A DNA stretch of 63,279 bases, the filler included, from Asterionella formosa (lineage: Eukaryota): NCBI GenBank assembly GCA_002256025.1. It is 14 parts of 14 records of this genome, joined end to end, with 100 filler letters (N's around TTAATTAATTAA, not from the genome) between each part and the next. Parts side by side here need not be neighbours in the genome. Positions count along the whole stretch, not along the records: positions 33,198 to 55,827 come from NKIB01002668.1; 13 more parts are not named here. One strand, given 5' to 3'. Below are positions 36,499-49,612 of this stretch, one piece after another. Position numbers and translations under genes: made by a program. Every line of letters begins with the position of its first letter. Within the stretch, counting starts at the first letter, position 1. Below the pieces are notes generated by a model, which saw only the letters and a program-made list of their open reading frames with translations, searched no databases and was not told the DNA's origin.

Positions 36499-37990
36499 TT
36501 GCTGGGAAGAATTTCAAAAAATAGATGATAGTTTTCATGCTTTCTATAAAAGTTATTACATTTACAGCCAGACTGGATCCACAATGCTATTCCCAAGGAG
36601 ACCGTAAATGTAGAAATCACCAATTCATAACTGTTTCCTTTTACTAGGCCGATCAATCTGATTAGACCACAGCTACTGGTACTAAATTGGTCCTGGAATG
36701 CATTCAACTTCCCACTTGAAACTTTCGCTACACTCAATTTTGAAAATCCTTGTTGTTTTACCCCCATTCATAACAAAGAGTTACTGTCCCAAAGGGATTC
36801 AAGGATGGAATGAGACTACGTCAATATCACCAAGTTGTAGACATTTCGACCATTATCAGGCAGCACTTAATGACAAAAAGTTCACTGGAGGTATTCAAAT
36901 ACCACCAGTACTATGGTTGACAATTTGCATTGCTATTCTATTGCCATACTGTGCTTTCAAGATCCAACATATTTCAGTTAAAATGGTACAGCTTCATTTC
37001 GCTGTACAGTACATTTTCGCACAGAAAAAATCATTTGATTAAAGAAAAAGTGTACTACTGGTGGTGCGCAGGGCTAGTCATAATCTGTTGTTCTAATGAT
37101 TGCAATCCTCGTCTAATCAACACGCATTAATAATTTTCTGATTTAATTATTGCAATCCTCCTCATATCAAACATTTTTACTTCCTTACCAATCTAACAAT
37201 TTCTATGATCCTTTGATCAATTATTTGTCCATATGCAATCTATCCATACTAGTAATCACAAGCAACTCGAACCATGCAATGGTATTTAAAAATGTACAGC
37301 CCTCCTTTCTTCGTACTCTTGACTTGTTGGCTTGTAATTCATCCAATTGAATTTTTCTATCCAAATATACACTCACTACTGCTCACCTTGTCTGCTTAAA
37401 GACTGACAGAGGAGTCAGCTGCCTGCATAAGTCACTTTTCTTCGTTCATCTCACATGTGGTTGTTGTTGTCATGGCACATGTTACACCCTTTGACATTGA
37501 TGGTGCCAACATTGTCATAACAAGGGGCCTTTGTTGTATCCACTTGAAAATGATTTTTCTATCAAAAACTGATCAGCATGTGCTTTGCAGTTAGCATCGA
37601 AATCGACATTAGACATAGTAACTGTCACAAGTTTATATACTTGGATCCATCGATCACTATCTCTACGACAGAAAATAGATACGGTATGCTAGCCGAATAT
37701 TTGATTACATTTTAATTGAAATTCTCCTTTATGGTAGCAGCTTACATCCTTTAAATTCATAGTATCATTATTTCTGCATGTAAAAGTTTCAATTTGAAAT
37801 TATGCCTTTTCTTTATTAGCTGATTGTTTTTACTGTTTTGTTGAATTTAGCTATACTACTGATTGTAAAAAAATGACGAATCTGCATGGAGAGGAATGGC
37901 TAATGGAAATAGGTTAAGATCGCTGCCTTGATCTGAAGTTGTGTGATTTGATTCCCGCAAATTGTTCTTTTTTTGATTCATTAGCCGCAA

Positions 37991-38085
37991 ACCCCAGAAC
38001 CCTAGAGACTACATAAAAAAGGAGACAGGTGGAGAATATAGGAATCGAACCCGCCACCTTGAAGGCTGACTATCCAACTAAAAAG
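37991..38085 (-). mobile_element. Second, diverged and truncated copy of the tRNA-derived SINE
   Basis: The minus strand reads AGTTGG...GGTGGCGGGTTCGATTCCTATATTCTCCACCTG...ATGTAGTCTCTAGGGTTCTGGGGT, matching the 21934 copy beyond the tRNA-like part. Confidence 0.75.
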
Positions 38086-40699
38086 CCAAATGATATTACA
38101 AACTAATTTGAAAGGTAAAAAAAATCACTTCACAATGAAGGAGTGACATTTTTCAAATCATTTGGGAGTGTGGTACAAATAAAAAGGGACTCTATTTAGA
38201 TTCCATCATTGAGGAGTTTGAGCATGATATGCTACAAGATTATCATGCTATTTTTGGAAATTATCCAAGAGATGCACGCATCGACCCTAGCTTGCTTTGC
38301 CAGGAATTGTTCTTAGAAGGAATCCAACCAAGTGCTTCTACAAAGCTAGATTATATCGTTCAATGGTTGGAAAACTGTTTTTAATTTGTGAAGAAGGTTG
38401 GTCCATAATGTGCAAATGCATGTCAAGAAGACCTTTCTCAGCATCAAGAGAATTCAGGAGAGGCTCATCATTGGAGCGCAGCCCGCTGTTGCATGCTTGT
38501 CAGGATTTATTGCAACTGATTAAAAAATAGAAAGTTGCAAATGAGACCACCACATGAATTACGATCTCAAGATATGGTAGGCAAAAAGATGTCGAATGGG
38601 ATACCGAAAATGATGTCTTGTCAAAGTCCATGACAATATCATCTAATTTCTCGAGTGTCACATCAATTGGATTGTAACCTAAAGAATGAGATGCCTCGTA
38701 GCTAATCTAACTGATCCTTATCTTGTAGCAGATCAACCCAACTATCTTTCCATGGAAACCAACTTATCTTGATCCTCCATTTGCCATCAAGTAAGGCAAC
38801 ATCGTTGTTCACAAAGGTCCTTCAATTGATACGCTTTCTAACAACATTGCTACAACCCGAATTATTATCCTTCAATTCTTCCAGGAACATGGTGCTTATA
38901 CACTAAGTTGATGGACAGCATTACGATGGAGAAGCATTTATGCATATATCGCCTTTAACCAGCATCTTTCCTCTGGACGGCTTTGGAGCCTTATGGATCT
39001 TCCATTGACCGTTGAAACAAATGCAATCGTCGTGCGTTTGTTAAAACTTATTTGAAATCCTTTCGGAAATTATCGCTACACCCTGAAGACACTCCTTCCT
39101 GACTTGATACACCAGTAGCTTGCGCATTCACTCTGTTGATAGCAATTACAACGAACATCTAAGCCGCGTATTACGTGAAGTGACCATTATATAAATAAGC
39201 CTAGTTGATTTTGAATGGATCACATGAATTAGTTGAAGACATCAAAATCCTTACTTGCATATATCTATATATTATCTGAATACATCACGTTAATTATTTA
39301 ATCAGAGTGACTATCATGCATGCATTCCTGATCATCACTATATTACGTGATCACCTTCACATTATTATTTGAAATACTTCACGTAATTATTTGAAATACT
39401 TCAATTAATTCTGTAATTTAGTTCACATTGCCTTATAATTTTGTTCACGTAATTCCATAATGTAGTTCACGTAATGTATTAAATTTGTTTATGTAATTTA
39501 AAAGTACTATCAAATATGTTGATTTCTAATTCAACTGCCAGTATTTCACATTACATGCGAAACAAATCTCGATATGCAATCAAACAAAGCAGTTCTTTCA
39601 GAATGACATCTTCAGTCTTGAGAAGGCAGGCATTATGAGACGTCTGTAAGGACAATACAAGACAAACAGAAACCGTTCATTCTGAATGAAAAAATTATTC
39701 ATTCTTGAAGAGCATCATGGTGCGAAATCGCAACAGGAATGCATCACATTGGCTTCCTTTCTGTCCTTGAAATGACTTCGTCATTGACCTGCAAAGATTT
39801 ACATAACAACAGTGTGTCAGTAATACATATGATAGAACTAGCAACAGCAGAAGAACACTCCTTTTCTGAAAAGGCCTGTTCAAATGTCAAATGAATGTTG
39901 AGAACAGCAGCATATTATTATGAATTATCACTCGCTTGGTGACATGATATCAAAAATAGCAAGCAAATAAATCTTACTTTAAAAGCATCCATTGCGGACC
40001 ATCTCAATGTTGCATCATTCCACCTTTTGTTGGTGCAACAAACCATATGTGAGCTGATAAAAGATTGGTTTGTAGTAAGGCAGCTGAAAATCTGGAAGGG
40101 GGATGCTATTTGTAAGGGTCGTCCCCATGTTGAAAATAAATTGTTCACAGTGGTGTTGAATGTTGGTGTTTTTATGAATTCAGATGGTCAAAAATCCTGG
40201 CGCAGCCATGACTTCCTCTTTGTACCAACAGAACCTACAATCTACACGAAAAAATCTGGCGCAGTCTTGCTAAGAACAATTTCGTCGGTACAAATTTCTG
40301 AGGCTACAAGTGTGACTTGAAAAAATATGACAAGAGGGAGAGGACACAGCCAATAGCGACTACTCCTAATTGCACATGCTGCACTGAATGATCTACCATT
40401 AGCCTCGTCCTACTATAATGAAAAAATACGCCTAGATTTTCTATTGAAATCAATCAACTGATGAGTTAACCAATTCACTTGCATGATGAAATTTTAATCT
40501 GTTGTGTCTTCCTCAATTCTGTGTGATTCGTTCATTCAGAGCATTGTAGCAACTGCATGGCAACCCATCGGTCCCATGCTTGTTCCGCCTAAAAAGAGTT
40601 CTTGGATCCCTCGAGTGTCATTGACTCCATATGACGTTTTTCTCCTTCTCAGTTCATCTTCTAGTATGGCTTCTGTTACTGTAATCACTCCATCTGGCT

Positions 40700-40910
40700 C
40701 TATCTAATCGGTTTCCAGTCAAATACAGTTTGGTCACAGCGCACCCTCTCCTGATCCCATCAGCCAACGCCATGGCTCCTTCTTCCTGCATATGATTCCC
40801 TGCCAAGTAGAGCATATGTAAGGCAGATCCAAACAAAGCACGTGCCTATGATCTAATCCCATCATCGCCGACTTGGTTGAATCCAAGATCCAACGATCCC
40901 AAAGCGCAGT
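40700..40910 (-). pseudogene. Degenerate RNI-like (ribonuclease inhibitor/NLR-type) LRR gene fragment
   Basis: SLDLGFNQVGDDGIRS*ARALFGSALHMLYLAGNHMQEEGAMALADGIRRGCAVTKLYLTGNRL: RNI-type LRRs with an in-frame stop. Confidence 0.7.
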
Positions 40911-43223
40911 GTGCTGAAATCCCGACAGCCAACGTATTAAAACATACCTTTGTTGCCCAAGTTTTTGTAACCTGGTTTGAGAATGGAAAGATTTGAATTC
41001 TGCAGCAGAGCCACTTTGACTAAGCGTGCGTCCGATGACTGCAATCCTTGCTGTGATAATCAATCTAGTACCAATCGTGAGTACAGATGGAGTATTTGAG
41101 GGAAAAAGCGCCAAGGGGTTAGAACAACTGAGCCACGACACAGCACAAGTCAACAACACATACTCGGGGTGCTTGTACCAGTACTTAATTTGGTTAGCTA
41201 TCATCGCATGAGTGCTTCTGATAAGCGCTGAAGGAAACTCTCTAGAGTCGGCGCTGCTTTGGCGTAGTGGTGCGAGTTCAATTTGCCAAGAATTTTGCAT
41301 TGACAATACGCACTTCCTTCAGCCTAGTACAGCGGCAATGTTTATGGTTGCGTCAATTTGGTACATGAGGATGGCGCAAACTCTTTTCACTGTCATTTCT
41401 TGGCCGATTCATACCTTCTCGGCATATGTATCATACTTTACTTGAGTTGCATTTCGCAATGATTTATCCTCTAAAACAATTTTATCTTGAACTTTTAAAA
41501 TATTCAGTGGTAACATGAACTAGTTTTGTCTTGGAAATCACTGTATGATTCTGAACCATCACATGAAAACCTCGAAGAGAAGTCTTGTTCACTATAATAG
41601 TTCATATTATTAACGTGAAGTGCACAACCATGATAAACTGTAGATTGTCCATGCATGAAATAAGACACTACAAATATCCTTACTATTTCACAAATAAAGA
41701 TGTTTGCAGTAAATGAATTAGCCATGAGAGTAGGATATTAGTTGAACTTTGAAATGAATTATTTGAAACATCAATTAATTCAGTCTCGAGTTCAAAGTTC
41801 ATTGTGAAAACTTCACATGAAACCGTTAAAAGTAACCTTTTTTACGGGAAGAGTGGCATTAATTCATGTAAAGTACCCCATCATTAACACTCCTACGTAA
41901 ATGAAATTTCGAAAAGTGGCGTATTTCGCGGCTTAGATGAAGGAGCGTTTCGAGTTTCCATTAAGTGAAAAATGAGAAAGTTCTTCAGCTTTCAAGAAAA
42001 ACACGACTTCCTGTTTCTATTGGCGATCTTAATTTTCGTTGTCATTTTCAGTGCTGTTACTTTACTTCTTTTACGATTGTATATTATTTGTAAAGCTTAA
42101 TATTTATACCAAGCAGCAGAGCATCTTTCTCAATTTTCGCGGAGATAATTTGTATTTTCATCATGGTCAAGGTTGCGACAACATGATGCAGAATTCTCCG
42201 GCTACTTAGAACCAGCCACTATACACCGGTAGCATTCTACCTACTCTATTCTTGTTGATCATGTACAAAGGAATCACAACATTATAGCTACATAATATAC
42301 CAGTATCTACGAGGACAAACAGAAATATAGCATGTTACTTTGTCTATTTCTAGAAAATTATTAAGTGCTGTTTGGTCCCACCTCGAAAAAAATGTGCAAG
42401 GGGGCCAGCAACCTCATTGGGGGGGGGGGGCATGACAATGAATGATACAGGCGTATGTATTTTATGCATTATATTAAACCATAATTTACAAACAGCAGGA
42501 TTGCACTAACCCGCTTTATTCTGAATTTTATGTCATTTATGAATATTGATAGCTTTAGAATGAGATTTTCAATTTTACTACGGTACCGGTATATGGAGGA
42601 ACAGGATGTTAAGAATGTACCGACGCCTTCTGACATCAATCCCACAAAACATATTTCAGAGAAAGGCAAGTTACGTGTTAGTCGAACTAATCAAACGAAT
42701 TTGAGGAAACAGTGGTACCTACCGGTAGAAGTGGTTGTATGTAACAAGAGAATTGTATTTCCCACGACGCTCGTCGAGTGACATTGTGATTCTCGTGATT
42801 TCATACCAGGTACCAGTACCGCTAACCACATGAACTCACATTTCCAAATACTCCACGTGGAGTTGGAGATTTCCATTGTTGTGGTGTTGGTGGTCTGATT
42901 TCTTGTGGGTGTGTCAAAAACAATATCGTGAGACAACCATACCCACGTCACAGTAAGCATAATAACAAGAAGGCAATAGTATACATAGATCACAAATCTT
43001 TGGGGAACCCGTTTGTTGAAGTATTCAATTGGGTCAGTCGTCGTCAGCCATGCGAAGAATACCGCGGCGCCAGTTGGATCCTCGTTCGTTTTGGAGTCTT
43101 CCCATTTGTTCCATTAGCTTGTATCGGCTCTCTTTTGTTTTCCTGTTGATTGGACTGCTCACACTCCAGTATTGACTACAAGTGCCTTTAAAGGAATTTG
43201 CCGTATTCTTGATTTCATCCACA

Positions 43224-44627
43224 ATGCCTCGATTCACCTCGCTTGCTCTCTTGGCAGTCCTCGGCAGTTCTGCCGCATTTGCCCCAATCGCTCCACCTCG
43301 CGCTGCTGCATTTGCGTTGCAAGCGGCGTCCACGACTGCGCCTTCTCCACTGGCTCCCCTAACACAATGGGGACAAGCCATGGACGACGTCGTTACTAGA
43401 CAAGCCGAATTCAGGTCGCAGCCTGCTCCCGATTTCGCCCCTGAAATTAGTGCCAAGGCCCTTGGGTTGACGACCAAAGAAGCGCAGTTGAAGTACTTTC
43501 AAGACAATGCCATGGAAATAAAAATGAAGATGCAAGAGGGCAGTGCTGTTATTTTTAGAGACTTTGACTTGATGAAAGAACAAGATGGATTTGTGCAAAT
43601 GTACCAAGCGTTGGGAATGAAGACATGTTTGGATCCCTTGCACTCTGTTTCGGCTCGTCCTACTGTGGACGGCACCAAGAATTCACCGGTGTACGAAGCC
43701 GTCAACAAGGAATCAAGAAAGAATTTTTTCATTGGTACGTACGTGGCGATCCTGATCCCCTGTAGCAGCTACTGAATGGAGATACTATATTTTCCAACTT
43801 TTTATCGCTGATCTTCCCACTTTTTATTTCCCTCATTCACAATAGGCATGCACAATGAATTTGTCGGAACCCGCGCTCCCCGTGCTGCTGCATTTGTTTG
43901 TTTCAAGGCCGCCGAGGAAGGTGGTGAATTCTTGATTGCTGATGGACGCAAAATCTTTCGTGACTTGAGCCCAGAGTTGGTCAAGGAGCTGTACGAACGG
44001 GGCATTCGCTACTCTGTTATGGAACTTCCCTTTTTTGGGTTTGTTGACACCTTGCCGGAGTTTTTGCAAGGGCCTATCATGGGAGCCATCAAGGGAGCTG
44101 CCACCTTTGCTATCAATTCCAAGGTGGATTTTGATGTGGAACTTCAATGGGGCCAGGGTGGGTATGATAATGTACGCATGTTGCAAGCTAGAGCGCCTAG
44201 TCAGCCTCCAATTGTCTTGCACCCAGTGACAGGAGAACCGACATGGTTCTGTAACGTTCATTCCCATTCTAGTAAATTGCGACATGCCAGAGAAGAAATT
44301 TACGGCGCTGAACGATTCGAGGATGGAGCATCCCAGATCAATAAGAGTGACATGTTCTTTGGGGATGATGGTGATATTTCGGAAGCTGCGCTCAAGGAGA
44401 TGGATGAAGTGACCTTGAAGAATGTGAGGTATGTCAAGATGCAGGAAGGTGACGTTGTTCTACTGGACAACTACAAGTGCTTGCATGGGCGGAATGTTTT
44501 TGATGGCACTCGTAAACATGGAGTTGCATGGTTTGAAGGCTGGGAAGGGGAAGAAGAAATGAAGAAAATCTTGCAAACTCGTTCATCAATCAACGCCAAA
44601 ACCCCCTTCTTTGTGACCAAGCAATGA
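43224..44627 (+). CDS. Plastid-targeted TauD/TfdA (clavaminate synthase/SyrP-like) 2OG-Fe(II) dioxygenase; intron 43735-43845
   Basis: Presequence MPRFTSLALLAVLGSSAA-FAP. Motifs GMHNE, GGEFLIADGR, HPVTGEPTWFCN and GDVVLLDNYKCLHGR. Confidence 0.9.
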
Positions 44628-45538
44628 ACAAAACCAATATTTTCTCATAAGTACTGAGGAAGTATGTTTTTTTAGGTAGCATGGCGGTGAATATCCTAGG
44701 GAGGAAGACTAAAGTATTTGCGTATTGAATTAGTTGATATACATACATACATGTAGCTACTTAAAATTTGCCAGGTGTGACCCCCATGAAAGCAAGCAAC
44801 AGGAAAAAGGGATGTGATCCAGTTTTCTAGACTGCCTTTCATGTGCAATACATGATATATGTGATTCCTGTTTCGTAATTCTCCATGACATGATCACAAG
44901 TTCTGTCTCACCTTAACTATACTTGGTTCTAGTTTTTGTACAGTATTGAATAGATAAATTTACCGTTCCTGCCCATCTACATATGAACTACTAGAATGAA
45001 CTTGATGGTTTCAGACCCTCCTCCAATTCAAAAATTATTGCCTAATAACCAAATGGTACAAACTGGATTCAGTTGCCAGGGAAGTTACAATGCCTTTTGC
45101 TCTTCAGATAGAAATGAATAGTAACATTATTTTGTACAACTGGAATTGATTTCTGCGGAGAAGCACAAAACCCAGCAAAAGCAATGGAATTAGTACATGA
45201 ATGGGGCTACCGGTATGTTAAATGAGTGATTACCATTAGAGTGTATTTGAAGTGTACAGATACTGGTAGAAAGTGAGAGTAGAGCGGGAACACGAGACAA
45301 GTGTTGTTCACAGACAAACAGACAGAGCGATGAGTCAACATCATGATACGACAGTGATTCATAACAAAAAACCGTCATTTACCACAACTTCCTCTTTCGT
45401 AAGACGAAGTACAAAATATTAGCCAACAGCAACCCTTTACCGGTACATGTATGTGTGTCAACTTATTGGCACTTTTGCTGAAACCTTCACATCCCCACAT
45501 CAGCCATTGAGTTGCATCGAAGGAGCAACACCAGCATC

Positions 45539-47380
45539 ATGAACGCAATACGCAAGACAGTTCAAACGACCCTCTTCCGGTCCAACTCCAAGTTGAAGGA
45601 CGAAGGACCGATTGCGAATCCGTTAGATTCAGACATTTTGCTCGGCCGTTCCAAGGCCAGCTGGAGCCACACTGGGAACCGCAAATTCCGCGCGTTTGTC
45701 GGCCTTCACCTCAAGCGCTACATGGAGTGCACCTCTCGCCTTGAAAAGACCATGGTAGTCAACATTGTTGCCGAGAGCGTCCAAGAAGCAGGAGGCCGCT
45801 TTTTGAAAGTTGGCAAAGACGGGCACTGGTACACTGTCACACAGAAGGAGGTGCGAGAAAAGGTGGCCCACGCCCTTCGAGATGCCGTATGTTTGCGTGT
45901 CAAACTATCGTCGACGGAAGTTCCTGTGGCGTTAAAATCAGACGTCAAGCCCAGCCAGCGGAGAGTCAGCAATATTGTCATGGAGCGCCGACGATCGTCT
46001 GTGCTTGTTCTGGGTGCTACTAGTCATAATAATCCATCGGAAACTAGCGGTGGACAACCTTGGGCGGAGGCCTTGGCAGAAATGCAAGACTTTCCAACGT
46101 ACATGAGGAGCAAGTCCTGCAGTAATCTAGAATGTGAACAGGAACTTGTTACAGGTGTAAGACCCGTGATGCAACCGACTATTCGCATGGCAAGCCTCCA
46201 AGAGGCTCCAGCGCCGCAAAGGTCTTTGCTCAAGAACGACAATTTTGATTCTGGTGAGTTCTCATTAATGAGCATTGCGACTGTCAATCAAGAGATGTTT
46301 GACAATGATGTCGGCGCTCCTGGCTATGCGACGGTCGCATCCAAGAAACCGAACATGTTCGAGAGTATCAAATCAGAACTATCTCATGACCCTAACATGA
46401 ATTGCATGATCAAGCAAGTCAGTGATCGTATCAAGATGAAAGTTTCGAAAGATTTCTTGGCAACCACGAATTCTAGCAAACCGTCTAACTCTGGAACTTC
46501 AGGTCCATGTTCACCTGGATCGAAAATTGAACTCAGGCTCTCAGTTGCCGATGTTGACATTTCGGAGGAGTTTTCGGTGATGAGTATCTCGGATTTTAAA
46601 AAGGCATCCATCGAGGGGACGAACCGTCGAAAAGAACTAGTACCATCGGCCAGGCGCTTTCCGCTAAATGGTGTTGAAATAAAACCCAAGGCCGGATGGG
46701 AAAATGAAATTTCGGAAGAATTTTCGTCGCGGGGATTTTCAACCCTTTCAATTGGATCCGTGAGCGTCAATGGCTCGTCAGCATCAGGTACAGATGCAGA
46801 AGAAACCTTTCGTTTAACGGACAGTCGAAGCTCCGATGATGTGCCCACTCGCCATCAGAAGGCATCCTCAATGACTTTTGCCATTAATGATTATGCGTCG
46901 GCAAGTCGAAATCCTTCGTTCACGATAATTGATGTGAATGAGGTGGCCAAGGTACTTCAAGATGAGCCATTGGCATCCGCTGACAAGGCTGACAGGAATC
47001 TGTCATCCACGTCGTTGCAAATGTCGGACTTTTTGAATGTCGTGGACTTTTCAGAAGAATCTGTCCACTCTGCAATACAGGCAAGCACTCATCCTTCAGT
47101 TTCCCTAAGAGGAAGTGGCCGAAAGAAATTGATTTCACTATTGTCGGATGTTGGAGAAGAAGAATACTATGAGTTAGATGCCTCAAAATCTAGCAATTTT
47201 TCGGCAAATCTACAGGAGTGCAACAGCTTAAATGAGGAATGGCAAAATGTTAGAAAGAAGCCAAGTACTGAAACTGAAGCATCCGAAGCTTCTAGCGTAG
47301 ACACCGAGATAGAATGGAACCTGACATTGAATGCCTTGGCAAGGTCAGAATGTTTCGACCAACCTGCAGGAGCGCAATAG
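45539..47380 (+). CDS. Diatom-expanded DUF6824-like domain protein with a long Ser-rich disordered tail
   Basis: The N-terminal domain reads DILLGR...HTGNRKFR...GGRFLK...W...REKVAHALRD. Confidence 0.8.
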   Translation: MNAIRKTVQTTLFRSNSKLKDEGPIANPLDSDILLGRSKASWSHTGNRKFRAFVGLHLKRYMECTSRLEKTMVVNIVAESVQEAGGRFLKVGKDGHWYTVTQKEVREKVAHALRDAVCLRVKLSSTEVPVALKSDVKPSQRRVSNIVMERRRSSVLVLGATSHNNPSETSGGQPWAEALAEMQDFPTYMRSKSCSNLECEQELVTGVRPVMQPTIRMASLQEAPAPQRSLLKNDNFDSGEFSLMSIATVNQEMFDNDVGAPGYATVASKKPNMFESIKSELSHDPNMNCMIKQVSDRIKMKVSKDFLATTNSSKPSNSGTSGPCSPGSKIELRLSVADVDISEEFSVMSISDFKKASIEGTNRRKELVPSARRFPLNGVEIKPKAGWENEISEEFSSRGFSTLSIGSVSVNGSSASGTDAEETFRLTDSRSSDDVPTRHQKASSMTFAINDYASASRNPSFTIIDVNEVAKVLQDEPLASADKADRNLSSTSLQMSDFLNVVDFSEESVHSAIQASTHPSVSLRGSGRKKLISLLSDVGEEEYYELDASKSSNFSANLQECNSLNEEWQNVRKKPSTETEASEASSVDTEIEWNLTLNALARSECFDQPAGAQ

Positions 47381-47642
47381 CATACATGAGGAATGTCAAG
47401 ATGTTGGAGAGGAGCCAGTTACTGAAACTGAAAACTCCAAAGCATTTAGCAAAGACGCCAAGCTACAATGGAGCCGAACATTGAATGCATTGGCAAAATC
47501 AGAATGTTTCGACGAACCATCAGGATCGCAACAGCATAAATGAGGAAAGGCAAAATTTTGGAGAATGCCAAGTACAGAAACTCAAAACTCTGACATTTTC
47601 AGCGTCGATACTGAGATAGAATGAATTTGGACATTGAATGCG
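47221..47642 (+). repeat. Tandem repeat of about 154 bp, about 2.7 units, spanning the stop codon of the DUF6824-like gene
   Basis: GAGGAA.G.CAA.AT.TT.GA..G..GCCA..TAC.GAAACT recurs at 47234, 47388 and about 47542. Confidence 0.85.
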
Positions 47643-49612
47643 TAGACAAAGTAAATTCGTGGAAAACATATATCATTGCTAAAATGGATGCTTTCAAAGC
47701 TTAATGTACCTTTGACTTGCAATTTACTAATATCGAAAGGTATGTATAAGATGATGTGATTATTTTGTGGTGGGCATTTTCGAAGTATTAGTACTAGTTG
47801 GAAATACATAACTTTGTGATTTGGACGCAAATGACTTTTTTAAATTTCTTCTATTGTTTATGGTGGGGCATATGATTCCTCCTGGGGTTTCAGCATAATA
47901 AGCTGAATATCTGAAAATGCAGCAGGCTTTACTGGACAAATCAATTCTGACCATTATATGTATGAAGTATAGTGTTTTACAGCTGGCTGTCACCAGCACC
48001 CCCCCCCCTCCCCTTGCATGCAAATATGTATCCATCCTTCCCATCTGCAACTTTTCAGCACCACAATGATCTTGATATGCACCTCCCTGGATCTGTCAGT
48101 TTGAATGTAAGTTGTAAGGAATAAGGCAACGGCACAAGTAGTTGTGTACCAAATCTCTGTTTTTCATGGGTAAGCAAGACAAAATCTGATGTGAATTCTG
48201 TCATAGACAAGGCCAAGTGATACTCAAAATGTATTGAGTTTGTGGTGTCATGACAGAATATGTGTGACCCCTGCTCTGGTAACTTCGTATAGCATTTGCA
48301 TTGTTGAAAACTGCAATTAACTGATGGAGTTGATCACTCTACATATCCTACTAAATATTGTGTTTCAACCATTCTCCACGTATCCCTATGCATGTCCAAC
48401 ATTCCTGAAATTTACTTTTCATTAATCAAGTTGCAAGTTGCAACTGAATTATGATTTGACATCAAATATTTGTTTGATATATCAATATTTTCGTCATATT
48501 GTTCAATGCTTCTATCTCCTCATGAAAAACAAACAGAACTCTTCTTTCCAAAAGTGTGGCATTACTGTTAACTTCTCATGACAACAAGAACATGATGCAC
48601 AATCATAAAGCCCTTCTTGTTCCATTCCTGAAGAAGGTCAACACCAGAAATAATCTTGAATTTTGTAAAAGAACTTGGGATTTGCAAATGAATTATCCTT
48701 TCAAGTAGAATATTACTTGAATCTCCAATGAAATTATTTGTTTCATCTAGCTATCATTGTATTGTGGTGTTCAATGTTTGGATTTGAAAGTTCACACAAC
48801 AACATCTAAATAATAACCTTGCTTCAAAAATAGTTTCATAAGTATGTTTGTGAAGTGTAAAATGGTTCAGTCCAGCCAGTTTGAACAAAAATTCAAATAA
48901 TAGCATAATACATGACTAATGTGGCAGCATGGCTGGTATGCCAGTTAGCACTACTAGAACCGATTTCTACTACTGGTATATGCACTGCTCTTTCCAAGGT
49001 TGAATGCAATGTTCATACTGTACACTGCTCGAAGAACATAATGAGACAAGAGTGACAATATTGTTGGAGTTGGACCAGGCCGGTAGCCTACCGGTACACC
49101 GTACTATATGTGCTGTCGCAAATACCAGGAAATAGAAAGATGCCGCCTAATTCCAAACCGAGAAAGGAAATGCATGTCACACTTCTGCCGATGTGAAAAA
49201 TCTAAGAAGGAATCGAATCAGCTGGCTGATGAACGAATCTCAATATATATTGTGCTGTATATGGATATTTACATACTGTCGGTAAGTTCAGGTGCTCTGT
49301 AAAACGCATCAGGTTCTGATTCCCACGTAAACAATGACATCATTTTTTCTCATCGTCTTGACTTTTCTCCTACGACATTGAGTGCTGTGCGCAGTTAGTA
49401 TGTACATAAACAATTTTCCTATTAAACTTAAACTACCGTATTACAAACCGGTAATTATATACCTAAATATCATTATTCTAAATAATATTTATTTTATGTG
49501 TCGTATAGCCCCAAGTCCTCCTTGACAAAAATCTTCCGACTCAATCTTACGTCGCTCAATCATCATAGTTCCTTTTTTTTTTCTCGCTTTCGCTGTATTC
49601 TTTGTGTCAAGA

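Noticed and set aside
37888..37972. Another tRNA-like or SINE-like stretch on the + strand (…GATTTGATTCCCGC…TTTTTTT)
   Set aside because: Only a weak B-box resemblance; no cloverleaf or TSD could be built.
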